Below are positions 10,397 to 18,108 of a stretch of 64,000 nucleotides of DNA, in pieces. The DNA comes from an uncultured Gemmatimonadales bacterium (GTDB taxonomy: Bacteria; Gemmatimonadota; Gemmatimonadetes; Gemmatimonadales; GWC2-71-9): contig CAVSQW010000002.1 in NCBI GenBank assembly GCA_963730185.1, positions 160,001 through 224,000 of the forward strand, in the 5' to 3' direction. A program made the translations under genes and the position numbers. How positions within the stretch are numbered: the first letter of the stretch is position 1; the number at the start of each line of letters is the position of its first letter. The notes beneath the pieces were generated by a model. That model worked only from the letters and a program-made list of their open reading frames with translations, was not told the DNA's origin and made no database searches.

Positions 10397-10892
10397 CCCG
10401 GCCGGGGCGGTCCAGCCGCCCCTCCGGGTGGACCACGCGCTCGGGATGCGGTGGGCCCTGGCCGCGGCCGAGCGCGCCGGCGCCGCCGGCGAAGTGCCGG
10501 TCGGCGCCGTCGTCGTTCAGGACAGCCGGATCATTGCCGAGGCGGGGAACGAGATGGTGGCCCGCTCGGATCCGACCGCGCATGCCGAGCTGGTCGCCAT
10601 TCAGCGGGCGCTGGCCGGGTTGGACACCGACCGCCTGAACGACGCCACGCTCTACATCACCCTCGAGCCCTGCGCCCAGTGCGCCGGCGCCATCGTCCTC
10701 GCCAAGGTGGGGCGGGTGGTGTTCGCCGCCTACGACGACAAGGCCGGGATGGCGGGCTCGGTGGGGGATCTGCTCCGGCATCCCAAGCTCAACCACCGGC
10801 CCGAGGTGATCGGCGGAGTGATGGCGGAGGTGGCGGGGGAGATGCTGAGGAGGTTCTTCAAGGAGAGGCGCGGCGGGGATCGATTGGGGTGA
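10389..10892 (+). CDS. tadA: tRNA adenosine deaminase
   Basis: [26 protein letters not shown] and FF..RR motifs. Start uncertain. Confidence 0.9.
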   Translation: MSNPAGAVQPPLRVDHALGMRWALAAAERAGAAGEVPVGAVVVQDSRIIAEAGNEMVARSDPTAHAELVAIQRALAGLDTDRLNDATLYITLEPCAQCAGAIVLAKVGRVVFAAYDDKAGMAGSVGDLLRHPKLNHRPEVIGGVMAEVAGEMLRRFFKERRGGDRLG

Positions 10893-10992
10893 GGAGGGAT
10901 AGGGCGGGATGGGGAGAGGCTGAGAGCGGGCACTCGCCTCTCCGCGTTGCCCAAGTCACGTCCCCATCCCGCCCCATCCCGCCCCACCGCCC
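10884..10992. repeat. 10-mer tandem-repeat palindrome, family A copy 1
   Basis: Left arm GGGATAGGGC GGGATGGGGA, right arm TCCCCATCCC GCCCCATCCC GCCCCA. Begins TTGGGGTGAG, which contains the tadA stop. Confidence 0.8.
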
Positions 10993-10993
10993 G

Positions 10994-11833
10994 TCAGATC
11001 CTTCCGTTCCGCTTCGACTCGAGCAGACTCGTTGCCGGGTCGATCCGGTAGAGCTCCAGGGCGTTCTCACCCATGATCTTCCGCTTCTCCTTCTGGGGAA
11101 TCGAGAGCTGCTCCATGAAGTCCAGGTATCCCTCCATCGACGAGATCGGCCAGTCGGTGCCGTAGAGCACGTTCTCCGGCTCCACCCCGTAGAGCAGGAT
11201 CTCCTGCACCTGCTTCCGCATGAACCGCTCGAACCGGTCGGTGAAGTCGCCCAGCACGAAGCCCGAGATGTCGGTGTAGACGTTGGCGTTCTTGTAGACC
11301 ACCTCCATGCAGTCCCGGATCCACGGGTTGCCGACGTGACAGATCACGAAGTTCACCTCGGGGTGGTCGACCGCGGTCTCGTCGATGTGGAGCGGGTGGG
11401 AGTACTTGACCTTGCCGGAGGGCGCGTAGGTGTCGCCCGAGTGGATCATGACGGGGATCCGGTGCTTGGCCGCGAAGGCGTAGGCCGGCTCCCACTTGGC
11501 GTCGCTCGGGTAAAACGGCTGGTAGCCGGGGTAGAGCTTGAGTCCCTTGAGCTTGCCGGCCTCGATGTGGGGTAGCAGCTCGTCGAGCTGGCTCGGCTGG
11601 AAGTGCTCGTAGCTGAGGCCGGCCACCACGTAGAGGTGGGGCTGGTCGGCGACGGCCTCGAGCACCTGGACCGTCGAGGGCCGGCCGGGGGTCACCTTGT
11701 AGGAGGTGAGGATCACGGCGATGTCGACCCGGTTGAGCTTCAGCTCCCGGTTGAGGGCGGCCAGCCGGTCGGGCAGGGTGCCGACGGTGTCCTCGTGATA
11801 GTTGTTGAGATGGACGTGACAGTCGACGATCAT
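10994..11833 (-). CDS. Amidohydrolase_2 family TIM-barrel metallohydrolase
   Basis: IVDCHVH, GLKLYPGY, MIHSG, CHVGNPW, LYGTDWP. TGATG coupling with upstream gene. Confidence 0.88.
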   Translation of the reverse strand: MIVDCHVHLNNYHEDTVGTLPDRLAALNRELKLNRVDIAVILTSYKVTPGRPSTVQVLEAVADQPHLYVVAGLSYEHFQPSQLDELLPHIEAGKLKGLKLYPGYQPFYPSDAKWEPAYAFAAKHRIPVMIHSGDTYAPSGKVKYSHPLHIDETAVDHPEVNFVICHVGNPWIRDCMEVVYKNANVYTDISGFVLGDFTDRFERFMRKQVQEILLYGVEPENVLYGTDWPISSMEGYLDFMEQLSIPQKEKRKIMGENALELYRIDPATSLLESKRNGRI

Positions 11834-12498
11834 CAGGCCTTCCAGGTTCGCTGAATGATGGCAGCGGCCCACTCCCGGCCGCCCAGCCCGAAGGCCAGCG
11901 CGAGCGCCAGGCAGAGCCCGCCGAAGGCCAGCTGGAAGGCCGAGGTCAGCACGGGGCCCCCGATCTGGAGCTGCTGCAGCGCGAGCGTGGCCACGAAGGT
12001 GAGCGTGGCGATGTGCGCCAGGACCCCGATCGCGCGCGCGCCCTGCACCCCGATGTTGTTGAGATAGGTGTGTACGGTGGCGCCGATGAACCGGGCCAGC
12101 ATGGTGCCGAAGACCACGATCACCAAGGCGACGAGGATCTTGGGCAGGTAAGTACCGACCTCATCGAGCAGGGTCGTCGACACGGGGACGCCGAGGATGT
12201 TGAAGACCGCCATGGCGACGACCAGCATCAGGCCCCAGTAGATCAGGTTGGCGGTCAGGGTGACCGTGGTGAACCGGACACCGCCTCGCATCAGAAAGTC
12301 CTCGAGGCCGGCCCGTTCGGCGGCGCTCTCCAACCGGAGGAGCCGGAGCAGGCGGAGCACCAGCTTGCGGATCGTCCGGGCCACCAGCCAGCCGAGAATG
12401 AGAAAGGCGAGCGCTCCGAAGACCCGCGGCGACACGACCTGGAGCTGGTCCCAGGTGAGCTTCAGGGCGTCGGTGATCGGGTCGAGAAAGGTCGGCAT
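11833..12498 (-). CDS. TM-helix repeat membrane protein (CmpX/MscS N-terminal-like)
   Basis: PRVFGALAFLILGWLVA, YLPKILVALVIV and ALAFGLGGRE motifs. No MscS cytoplasmic domain. Confidence 0.8.
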   Translation of the reverse strand: MPTFLDPITDALKLTWDQLQVVSPRVFGALAFLILGWLVARTIRKLVLRLLRLLRLESAAERAGLEDFLMRGGVRFTTVTLTANLIYWGLMLVVAMAVFNILGVPVSTTLLDEVGTYLPKILVALVIVVFGTMLARFIGATVHTYLNNIGVQGARAIGVLAHIATLTFVATLALQQLQIGGPVLTSAFQLAFGGLCLALALAFGLGGREWAAAIIQRTWKA

Positions 12499-12606
12499 GC
12501 GGAATCTCCCCCGTCGAGCGAACCCAAGAGGAGCGCGGCCCAAAGGGAGCCGCGCGGGAACCGATCGAGGAACGTAGGATAGTGAGGGGCATTCGGAGGG
12601 GCTAGC

Positions 12607-12707
12607 TTGGGGTGAGAGACGGGGGGAGATGGGGTGGGGGAGGGGCGAGGGAGGTGCGCCTCCCCATCCCTCCCCATCTCGCCCCATCTCGTCCACCTCT
12701 CGCCCCC
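12607..12707. repeat. 10-mer tandem-repeat palindrome, family A copy 2
   Basis: Starts TTGGGGTGAG like copy 1. G-rich left arm, right arm TCCCCATCCC TCCCCATCTC GCCCCATCTC. Confidence 0.8.
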
Positions 12708-12719
12708 GGACTCCCGCTC

Positions 12720-14156
12720 ATGCTCCGTCGCCCGCTAGCCTCCCTCGTCCTCCTGGCAAGCCTCGCCCTCCCGCCCGCTTCCGCCCAGGCGCCCGCCGGC
12801 GCCGACCGGATGCTCGTGTCGATCGACCAGCGGGCCGGCGCCTACGCGACCGTGGCCCACCAGATCTGGAGCTACGCCGAGGTCGGCTACCAGGAGACCC
12901 GGAGCAGCGCGCTCCTCCAGCAGCAGCTCCGGGAGGCCGGGTTCAAGGTCGAGGCCGGGGTCGCGTCGATGCCCACGGCGTTCGTCGCCACCTGGGGCTC
13001 CGGCCGGCCGGTCCTGGGCATCGTAGGCGAGTTCGATGCGCTGCCGGGCCTCTCGCAGGACTCGGTGCCGGTCCGGAAGCCGCTGCTCGACGGCGGGCCG
13101 GGGCACGGCTGCGGCCACCATCTCTTCGGGACGGCCTCGGTCGCGGCGGCCATCGCCCTCAAGGACTGGATGGCCACGACCGGACAGAAGGGCACCATCA
13201 AGGTGCTCGGCACGCCGGCCGAAGAGGGCGGGGGCGGGAAGATCTACATGATCCGGGCGGGGCTCTTCGAGGGGGTCGACGCCGTGCTCGCCTGGCACCC
13301 GGGCGACGAGAACGTGGTTTCCCGGGGCACCACCCTCGCCAACATCGCCGCCAAGTTCCGGTTCCACGGCAAGAGCGCCCACGCGGCGGCCGCGCCGGAC
13401 CAGGGCCGGTCCGCCCTCGACGCCGTCGAGGCGATGGACGACATGGTCAACCTGATGCGCGAGCACGTGCCCCAGGAGACCCGGATCCACTACATCATCA
13501 CCAACGGCGGCAAGGCGCCCAACGTGGTGCCCGACTTCGCCGAGAGCTACTACTACGCCCGGCACAGCGACATGCGGATCCTGGACGGCATCTGGGACCG
13601 GATCGTCGACGCCGGCAAGGGCGCCGCCCTCGGCACCGGCACCACCGTGGAGGTCGAGCTGGTCAACGCGGTCTACAACGTGCTCCCGAACACGGCGCTG
13701 GCCGACGTGATGGACCAGGCCCTGAAGGTGGTGGGCGGAGTCACCTACGACGCCCACGACCGCGACTTCGCCGCCGAGATCCGCACCACCCTGGCCGACA
13801 CCACGCTCCCGATCGGCGACGAGGCCACCATCCACCACTCCGACGGCAGCCTCTCCAGCGCCTCGAGCGACCTGGGCGACGTGAGCTGGGTCACCCCCAT
13901 GGTGGAGCTGGTCGCCGCCACCTGGGTGCCCGGGACCCCGGCCCATAGCTGGCAAGCCACCGCCGCCGGCGGCATGGACATCGGGGCCAAGGGCATGATC
14001 GTCGCGGCCAAGACCCTCGCCCTGACCGGGGCCATGCTGTTCAGCGACCCAGCCTCCCTGGACCGGGCGCAGGCCGAGCAGACGAGGCGCCTGGCCGGGT
14101 TCGTCTACCAGAGCCGAATCGGCGACCGGGCGCCGCCGCTGGACTACCGGAAGTGA
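12720..14156 (+). CDS. Secreted M20 amidohydrolase (AbgB-like)
   Basis: Signal peptide, EFDALPGLSQ, GHGCGHHL, GTPAEEGG, WHPG, GRSALDAVE, AHSWQ. Confidence 0.88.
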   Translation: MLRRPLASLVLLASLALPPASAQAPAGADRMLVSIDQRAGAYATVAHQIWSYAEVGYQETRSSALLQQQLREAGFKVEAGVASMPTAFVATWGSGRPVLGIVGEFDALPGLSQDSVPVRKPLLDGGPGHGCGHHLFGTASVAAAIALKDWMATTGQKGTIKVLGTPAEEGGGGKIYMIRAGLFEGVDAVLAWHPGDENVVSRGTTLANIAAKFRFHGKSAHAAAAPDQGRSALDAVEAMDDMVNLMREHVPQETRIHYIITNGGKAPNVVPDFAESYYYARHSDMRILDGIWDRIVDAGKGAALGTGTTVEVELVNAVYNVLPNTALADVMDQALKVVGGVTYDAHDRDFAAEIRTTLADTTLPIGDEATIHHSDGSLSSASSDLGDVSWVTPMVELVAATWVPGTPAHSWQATAAGGMDIGAKGMIVAAKTLALTGAMLFSDPASLDRAQAEQTRRLAGFVYQSRIGDRAPPLDYRK

Positions 14157-14878
14157 TGCCGGGCCATCAACACAACAACAACAACAACAGATTTACCGCA
14201 GAGTTCGCAGAGGACGCAGAGGCCTCGGCGCCCCTCTGCGGCCTCTGCGTCTCTGCGGTAATCAGTTGTTGTTGTGGTTGTGGTTGTTGTTGTTGTGTTG
14301 CCCAGGCCGTCGAAATAGAAGTCCAGCATTGCCCGGAGCGGCTTCGGGCTGCCCTGGAGGCGGCTTCGGAGGGCCGCGCCTTCCCAGCAATCCACCAGGA
14401 CGTTCGCCAGGCGGGCGGGGTCGGCGCCCTTGGGGAGCTCGCCGGCGGTGCGGGCTTCGCGGAGGCAGCCCGCGAGGCGCTCGGCGATGGTGGCGATGCA
14501 GCCGTCGATCTTGGCCCGGAAGACGTCGCTCGCGCCGGAGAGCTCCTGGCCCAGGCCGCCGAGCAGGCAGCCGAGGTAGCCCTCCTGCCGGTAGGCCTGC
14601 TCTGTCATCTCGAAGAAGCGGCGCACCCGCTGGAGCGGGCGGAGGCTGGTGTCGCCCAGGCAGGCATCGAGCCCGGCGTGGACCGCCGCCATGTAGCGGT
14701 CCACCACCTGGAGGGCGAAGTCTTCCTTGTCCTTGAAATGGTGGTAGAACGACCCCTTGGGGACCTCGGTCGCGTCGAGCACCGCCTGGACGCCGAGCCC
14801 GTGATAGCCGCGCTCGAGGAGCATGGCCCAGCCGGCGTCCAGCAGGCGATCCTTGGTCGAGAGGTCGGCCTCGGTCAA
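14144..14878 (-). CDS. TetR family regulator (NemR-like), ORF reads through repeat B1
   Basis: TTG start overlapping the cupin stop. HTH GYHGLGVQAVL...VPKGSFYHHFKDKE, GCLLGGLGQE, WEGA. Confidence 0.85.
   Translation of the reverse strand: MTEADLSTKDRLLDAGWAMLLERGYHGLGVQAVLDATEVPKGSFYHHFKDKEDFALQVVDRYMAAVHAGLDACLGDTSLRPLQRVRRFFEMTEQAYRQEGYLGCLLGGLGQELSGASDVFRAKIDGCIATIAERLAGCLREARTAGELPKGADPARLANVLVDCWEGAALRSRLQGSPKPLRAMLDFYFDGLGNTTTTTTTTTTTDYRRDAEAAEGRRGLCVLCELCGKSVVVVVVLMARHHFR
14168..14300. repeat. (CAA)n - 9-mer GCAGAG palindrome - (TTG)n, family B copy 1
   Basis: TTACCGCAGAG TTCGCAGAG GACGCAGAGG ... CCTCTGCGG CCTCTGCGT CTCTGCGGTAA with complementary trinucleotide arms. Confidence 0.9.
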
Positions 14879-15261
14879 GCACCCACCTTCTTGCGCATGT
14901 GGTCGATCACGTGACTGTGCTCGTGCTCGGGGCTGAACATGATGATCTCGGCGTCGGCGTCCACCCGGACGTTGTGTCCCGCCGGCCAGTAGAAGAGGTC
15001 GTTGGCCCGGACCGTCTCCTGCGCGCCCTCGGCGTCGGTGGTAGTGAGCTGGCCCGCGAGGACGAAACCCCAGTGCGGGCACTGGCACAGGTTCCCCTCG
15101 AGCCCCTGAAAGAGCGGGGTGGTATCGACCCCGGCCGCCAGGGTGAAGTACTCCCCGCTGATCCCGCCAAAGTCGCCGGCTTGGCCGAACCCCTTCTGCT
15201 GACGGATCACGGCCCCGGGAATCTGCATCCGAACGTCGACGTCGTCTTTCGCCACGCGCAT
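14875..15261 (-). CDS. Cupin domain protein
   Basis: CQCPHWGFVLAG...DLFYWPAGH cupin motifs, GGAGG RBS. Confidence 0.82.
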   Translation of the reverse strand: MRVAKDDVDVRMQIPGAVIRQQKGFGQAGDFGGISGEYFTLAAGVDTTPLFQGLEGNLCQCPHWGFVLAGQLTTTDAEGAQETVRANDLFYWPAGHNVRVDADAEIIMFSPEHEHSHVIDHMRKKVGA

Positions 15262-15287
15262 GGTGCCTCCGCCAGAGGGGTGTTAGC

Positions 15288-15307
15288 ACTAGACCGATCG
15301 GTCTAGT
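15288..15307. promoter_or_regulatory. TetR/NemR-type operator
   Basis: Perfect 20-bp palindrome ACTAGACCGATCGGTCTAGT containing TAGACC-N4-GGTCTA, just upstream of the cupin-tetR operon. Confidence 0.8.
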
Positions 15308-15381
15308 CGCAAGGATACCTGTCCGCCCCTGGGCCGTCAAGCGGGAAACTCGCTTCTCGCGCCACCATCGGTGAGCACTGC

Positions 15382-15504
15382 CACCACAACAACAGCTTTA
15401 CCGCAGAGTTCGCAGAGGACGCAGAGGCCTCGGCGTCCCTCCGCGGCCTCTGCGTCTCTGCGGTAGTCAGTTTGTTGTTGTTGTTGTTGTTGTTGCTGTT
15501 GTTG
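15382..15504. repeat. Family B palindrome copy 2
   Basis: Same orientation as B1, 3 mismatches over the ~73-nt core, different arm lengths. Confidence 0.9.
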
Positions 15505-15508
15505 CCGG

Positions 15509-16048
15509 TCAGCGATCGTCGTCGTCACGGTCGCGGCGGCTCTCCCGCTTGCCTTCGGTGGCCGAGGCGCGGGCTTCGCCGCGGGTCGAGGCAGCCGCCT
15601 GGGCGTAGGCCGAGCCGGCGCCGTGCTGGTAGACCAGGGCGCCGCCCGAGTGCCCGACCTGGTAGCCGGCCACGGTCAGGGCCAGGGCGGCGGCCAGGCC
15701 GGTGCCCCGGGCCACGTCGCCCAGCTTGCCCTTCGCCATCCCCACCGCGCTGATGCCGAGCACCCCGAGCGAGAGCAGGAGGAACCGGTCGGCGGCTTCC
15801 TCGTGGGTGCCGAGGTTGGCCTCGCCGACGACGTCTTCCACCCGCTCCTCCTGGGCTTCGCCGGTCTGGACCGAGGCCCACGCGGAGAGCGTCAGGGCGG
15901 CCGACAGGACCAGCGGGAAGGCCCAGGCCTTACGCGGCGCCGTGCCTCGCCGGATGGCCCAGAGGGCGCCGATCGCCGCGAGCGGCAGCAGGGCCATGAA
16001 GACGATAGGGAAGTGAACCAGGGCCGGGTGCAGCGGATCGGGCAACAT
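15509..16048 (-). CDS. DUF2231-like membrane protein
   Basis: PLHPALVHFPI N-terminus, TG..., HE..A and GHSGGALVYQHG motifs, four TM segments, AAGGAG RBS. Confidence 0.8.
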   Translation of the reverse strand: MLPDPLHPALVHFPIVFMALLPLAAIGALWAIRRGTAPRKAWAFPLVLSAALTLSAWASVQTGEAQEERVEDVVGEANLGTHEEAADRFLLLSLGVLGISAVGMAKGKLGDVARGTGLAAALALTVAGYQVGHSGGALVYQHGAGSAYAQAAASTRGEARASATEGKRESRRDRDDDDR

Positions 16049-16122
16049 TGGGTGCTCCTTGCGGTCGAAGTCGTCGGTGCCAGCCGTCGGGACGCACGCT
16101 AGGGCCCGGCCGCCGCCGCACA

Positions 16123-16186
16123 ATCCGACATGTGACGGAACCCCTTGGGCGGGTGCAGATTACGGGCGCATCCGACATTTGACGGA
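16123..16186. promoter_or_regulatory. Two copies of a palindromic operator TCCGACA-N2-TGACGGA
   Basis: ATCCGACATGTGACGGA (16123-16139) and ATCCGACATTTGACGGA (16170-16186), 16/17 identical, between divergent genes. Confidence 0.7.
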
Positions 16187-16196
16187 GGCGAGGCGC

Positions 16197-16723
16197 GTGG
16201 CAGAAGACGGCGAATCGGCCCTCCGGCTGCCGCTGGTGGGGCTTCTGGTGGTGATCGCGGCGGGTGGGGCCATCGACCTGGCCTTCGACCGCCCGGCCAG
16301 CTGGCGCTCGGCGCACGTGCTCTACGAGCTCTTCCTCATCGCCGCCGCTCTGGCCACGGCGGCCTGGCTCTGGCTCCGGTGGCGGCGGGCCGAGCAGCGG
16401 ACGGTGGAGCTCCGCCGGGCGGTGGGCGAGCGGCAGGCGGAGCGGGACGCCTGGCGGGCCAGCGCCGAGCAGGCGCTCGAGGGGCTGGCCCAGGCGATCG
16501 ACCGGCAGCTCGGGGTTTGGGAGCTGACGCCGGCCGAGCGGGACGTCGTGGTCCGGCTCCTCAAGGGCAAGAGCCACAAGGAGATCGCCAGCGCTAGCGG
16601 GCGGAGCGAGCGGACCGTGCGGCAACATGCGGCGGCGGCCTACCGGAAGGCCGGGCTGGGGGGCGGGCCGAGCTGGCGGCCTACTTTCTGCGAGACCTGC
16701 CGATGGGTGATGGGGTGCCGTAA
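16197..16723 (+). CDS. Membrane-anchored LuxR-family regulator, one-base frameshift near the C-terminus
   Basis: Two TM helices, coiled coil, LTPAERDV...KGKSHKEIA...SERTVRQHA HTH. Adding one G to the G run at 16658-16663 restores GRAELAAYFL...TAA 16721-16723. Confidence 0.8.
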
Positions 16724-16755
16724 GTTGGCCCTGGGTTTTAGATTGGCAACCCGTT

Positions 16756-16842
16756 GGACAGGTGTCCGAGTGGCTGAAGGAGCCGGTCTCGAAAACCGGT
16801 ATACCCTCACGGGTATCGTGGGTTCGAATCCCACCCTGTCCG
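16756..16842 (+). tRNA. tRNA-Ser(CGA)
   Basis: Acceptor GGACAGG/CCTGTCC, anticodon arm CCGGT-CTCGAAA-ACCGG, long variable arm, GGTTCGAATCC, discriminator G, no encoded CCA. Confidence 0.95.
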
Positions 16843-16889
16843 TTCCTATCGTGTTTCCCCGAAACAGGTTAGACGATTTGACGACCGAG

Positions 16890-17552
16890 GTGCCCGAGCG
16901 TGGGTTCGGGTGCGCTTCGTTCTTCGGCGAATCCGAGGACCGGCCTCCGCACGGCGCGCCGGTCGTCGTCGTTAGCTCAGCCTTCTGGAAGAGCGCGCTC
17001 GGCGGTCGAACCGACGTGATCGGCACTCGGCTCCGACTGGGGGCGCTCACGACGACCATCATCGGGGTGACGCCTGATGGGTTCGTCGGCATCCCGGCAG
17101 GGCGCTTCCCCGCGGAGGTGTTCCTCCCCATCAGCACGGTCTGGGCGACGTACGGCGAGGGGACCGATGGGCTGGTCGTCTCGATCCCTGATCAGTACTC
17201 CAGTTATGTGGGCAATCTGGGTGGCGTGGAGATGCTGGTCCGTCGGAAGCCCGGGGTGAGCGAGACGAGCGCGTCGGCCGACCTGACCATCGCCCTACGC
17301 CGAAGCTACGAGGCCCAACGGAGCGCGGACCCATCCTCGCCATCACTCAACGCCGCGCGGCCCCAGGCGGCCGCCGGTCCGCTTCGGATCGACCGATGTG
17401 TGCTCGGGCGGAGAGCGCCCTGCTACACCTACGGGCCCGAAGCCAGCATCGCCGCGTGGGTGGGGGCGCTCTCGATCATCGTCTTGCTGGTAGCGGCGGC
17501 CAACGTCGCCAATCTCATGCTCGCCCGGGTCGCGAGCCGTAGGCGGGAGATG
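16890..17552 (+). pseudogene. Internal fragment of MacB/FtsX-type (ADOP-like) ABC permease
   Basis: FFGESEDRP..APVVVVS.AFW....GGRTDVIG...IIGVTPDGF and LLVAAANVANLMLAR...RRRE. No plausible start, ends abruptly. Confidence 0.75.
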
Positions 17553-17674
17553 GAAGCCACTCGAGGAATCCCTTCCTCACCAATGAGGGTCGGGGAAGTT
17601 CTACAGAGAGTCATCCTGATCGCGCTGGGCTATCGCTGGGTGCAGGCTGACGCGGAATTCCGGGGGGCAACACG

Positions 17675-17886
17675 ATGAACCAATTGTTGTGGGTCCTGCA
17701 GGTCCTCGCGGCGTTCCTGTACGGAGCGTCGGGCATCATGAAGGTGTTCATGTTCGACAGAGTGAGTGAGGGCGTCCCGTCGTTTGGCGCGTTGCCGCGG
17801 CGGGCCTGGATGACGCTCGGCATCCTCGAGCTCGTTTCATGGCGTTCATCGCCTACGGCCGGATGGTCCTGAAACCGATCGTCTGA
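17675..17886 (+). pseudogene. DoxX-like membrane protein with internal out-of-frame deletion
   Basis: N-terminus MNQLLWVLQVLAAFLYGASGIMK...GILELV is joined at ~17836 to a C-terminus FMAFIAYGRMVLKPIV-TGA in another frame. Confidence 0.65.
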
Positions 17887-18108
17887 AGGCGGCGGTGAGC
17901 GCGCGGCCGGCAAGTTCCAGGCGATCGACGGACGGGTGGAGGGCGCGGCCGGCGTTCCCTCGTAACGCCGGCGTTCTCATCTTCGGTTGGAGCCTTCGAT
18001 CCTTGCCGACGAGTAGTCGCTGAGTTCGCGTCGCCCAATTCAAGGCCAAGTGGCAAACCGGAACCTTGTGTTGAATGGGATGACGAAATCCCTGGAGGCA
18101 CCTGACTC

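Noticed and set aside
14168..15504. CRISPR-like repeats
   Set aside because: Only two copies 1.2 kb apart, no regular spacers and no cas genes.
16756..16842. Possible tRNA-Sec near selB
   Set aside because: The anticodon is CGA with a normal 7-bp acceptor stem. The other tRNA is GGA.
16059..17678. Apparent LuxR-permease fusion ORF
   Set aside because: It crosses a tRNA gene and arises from the G-run frameshift plus a permease remnant.
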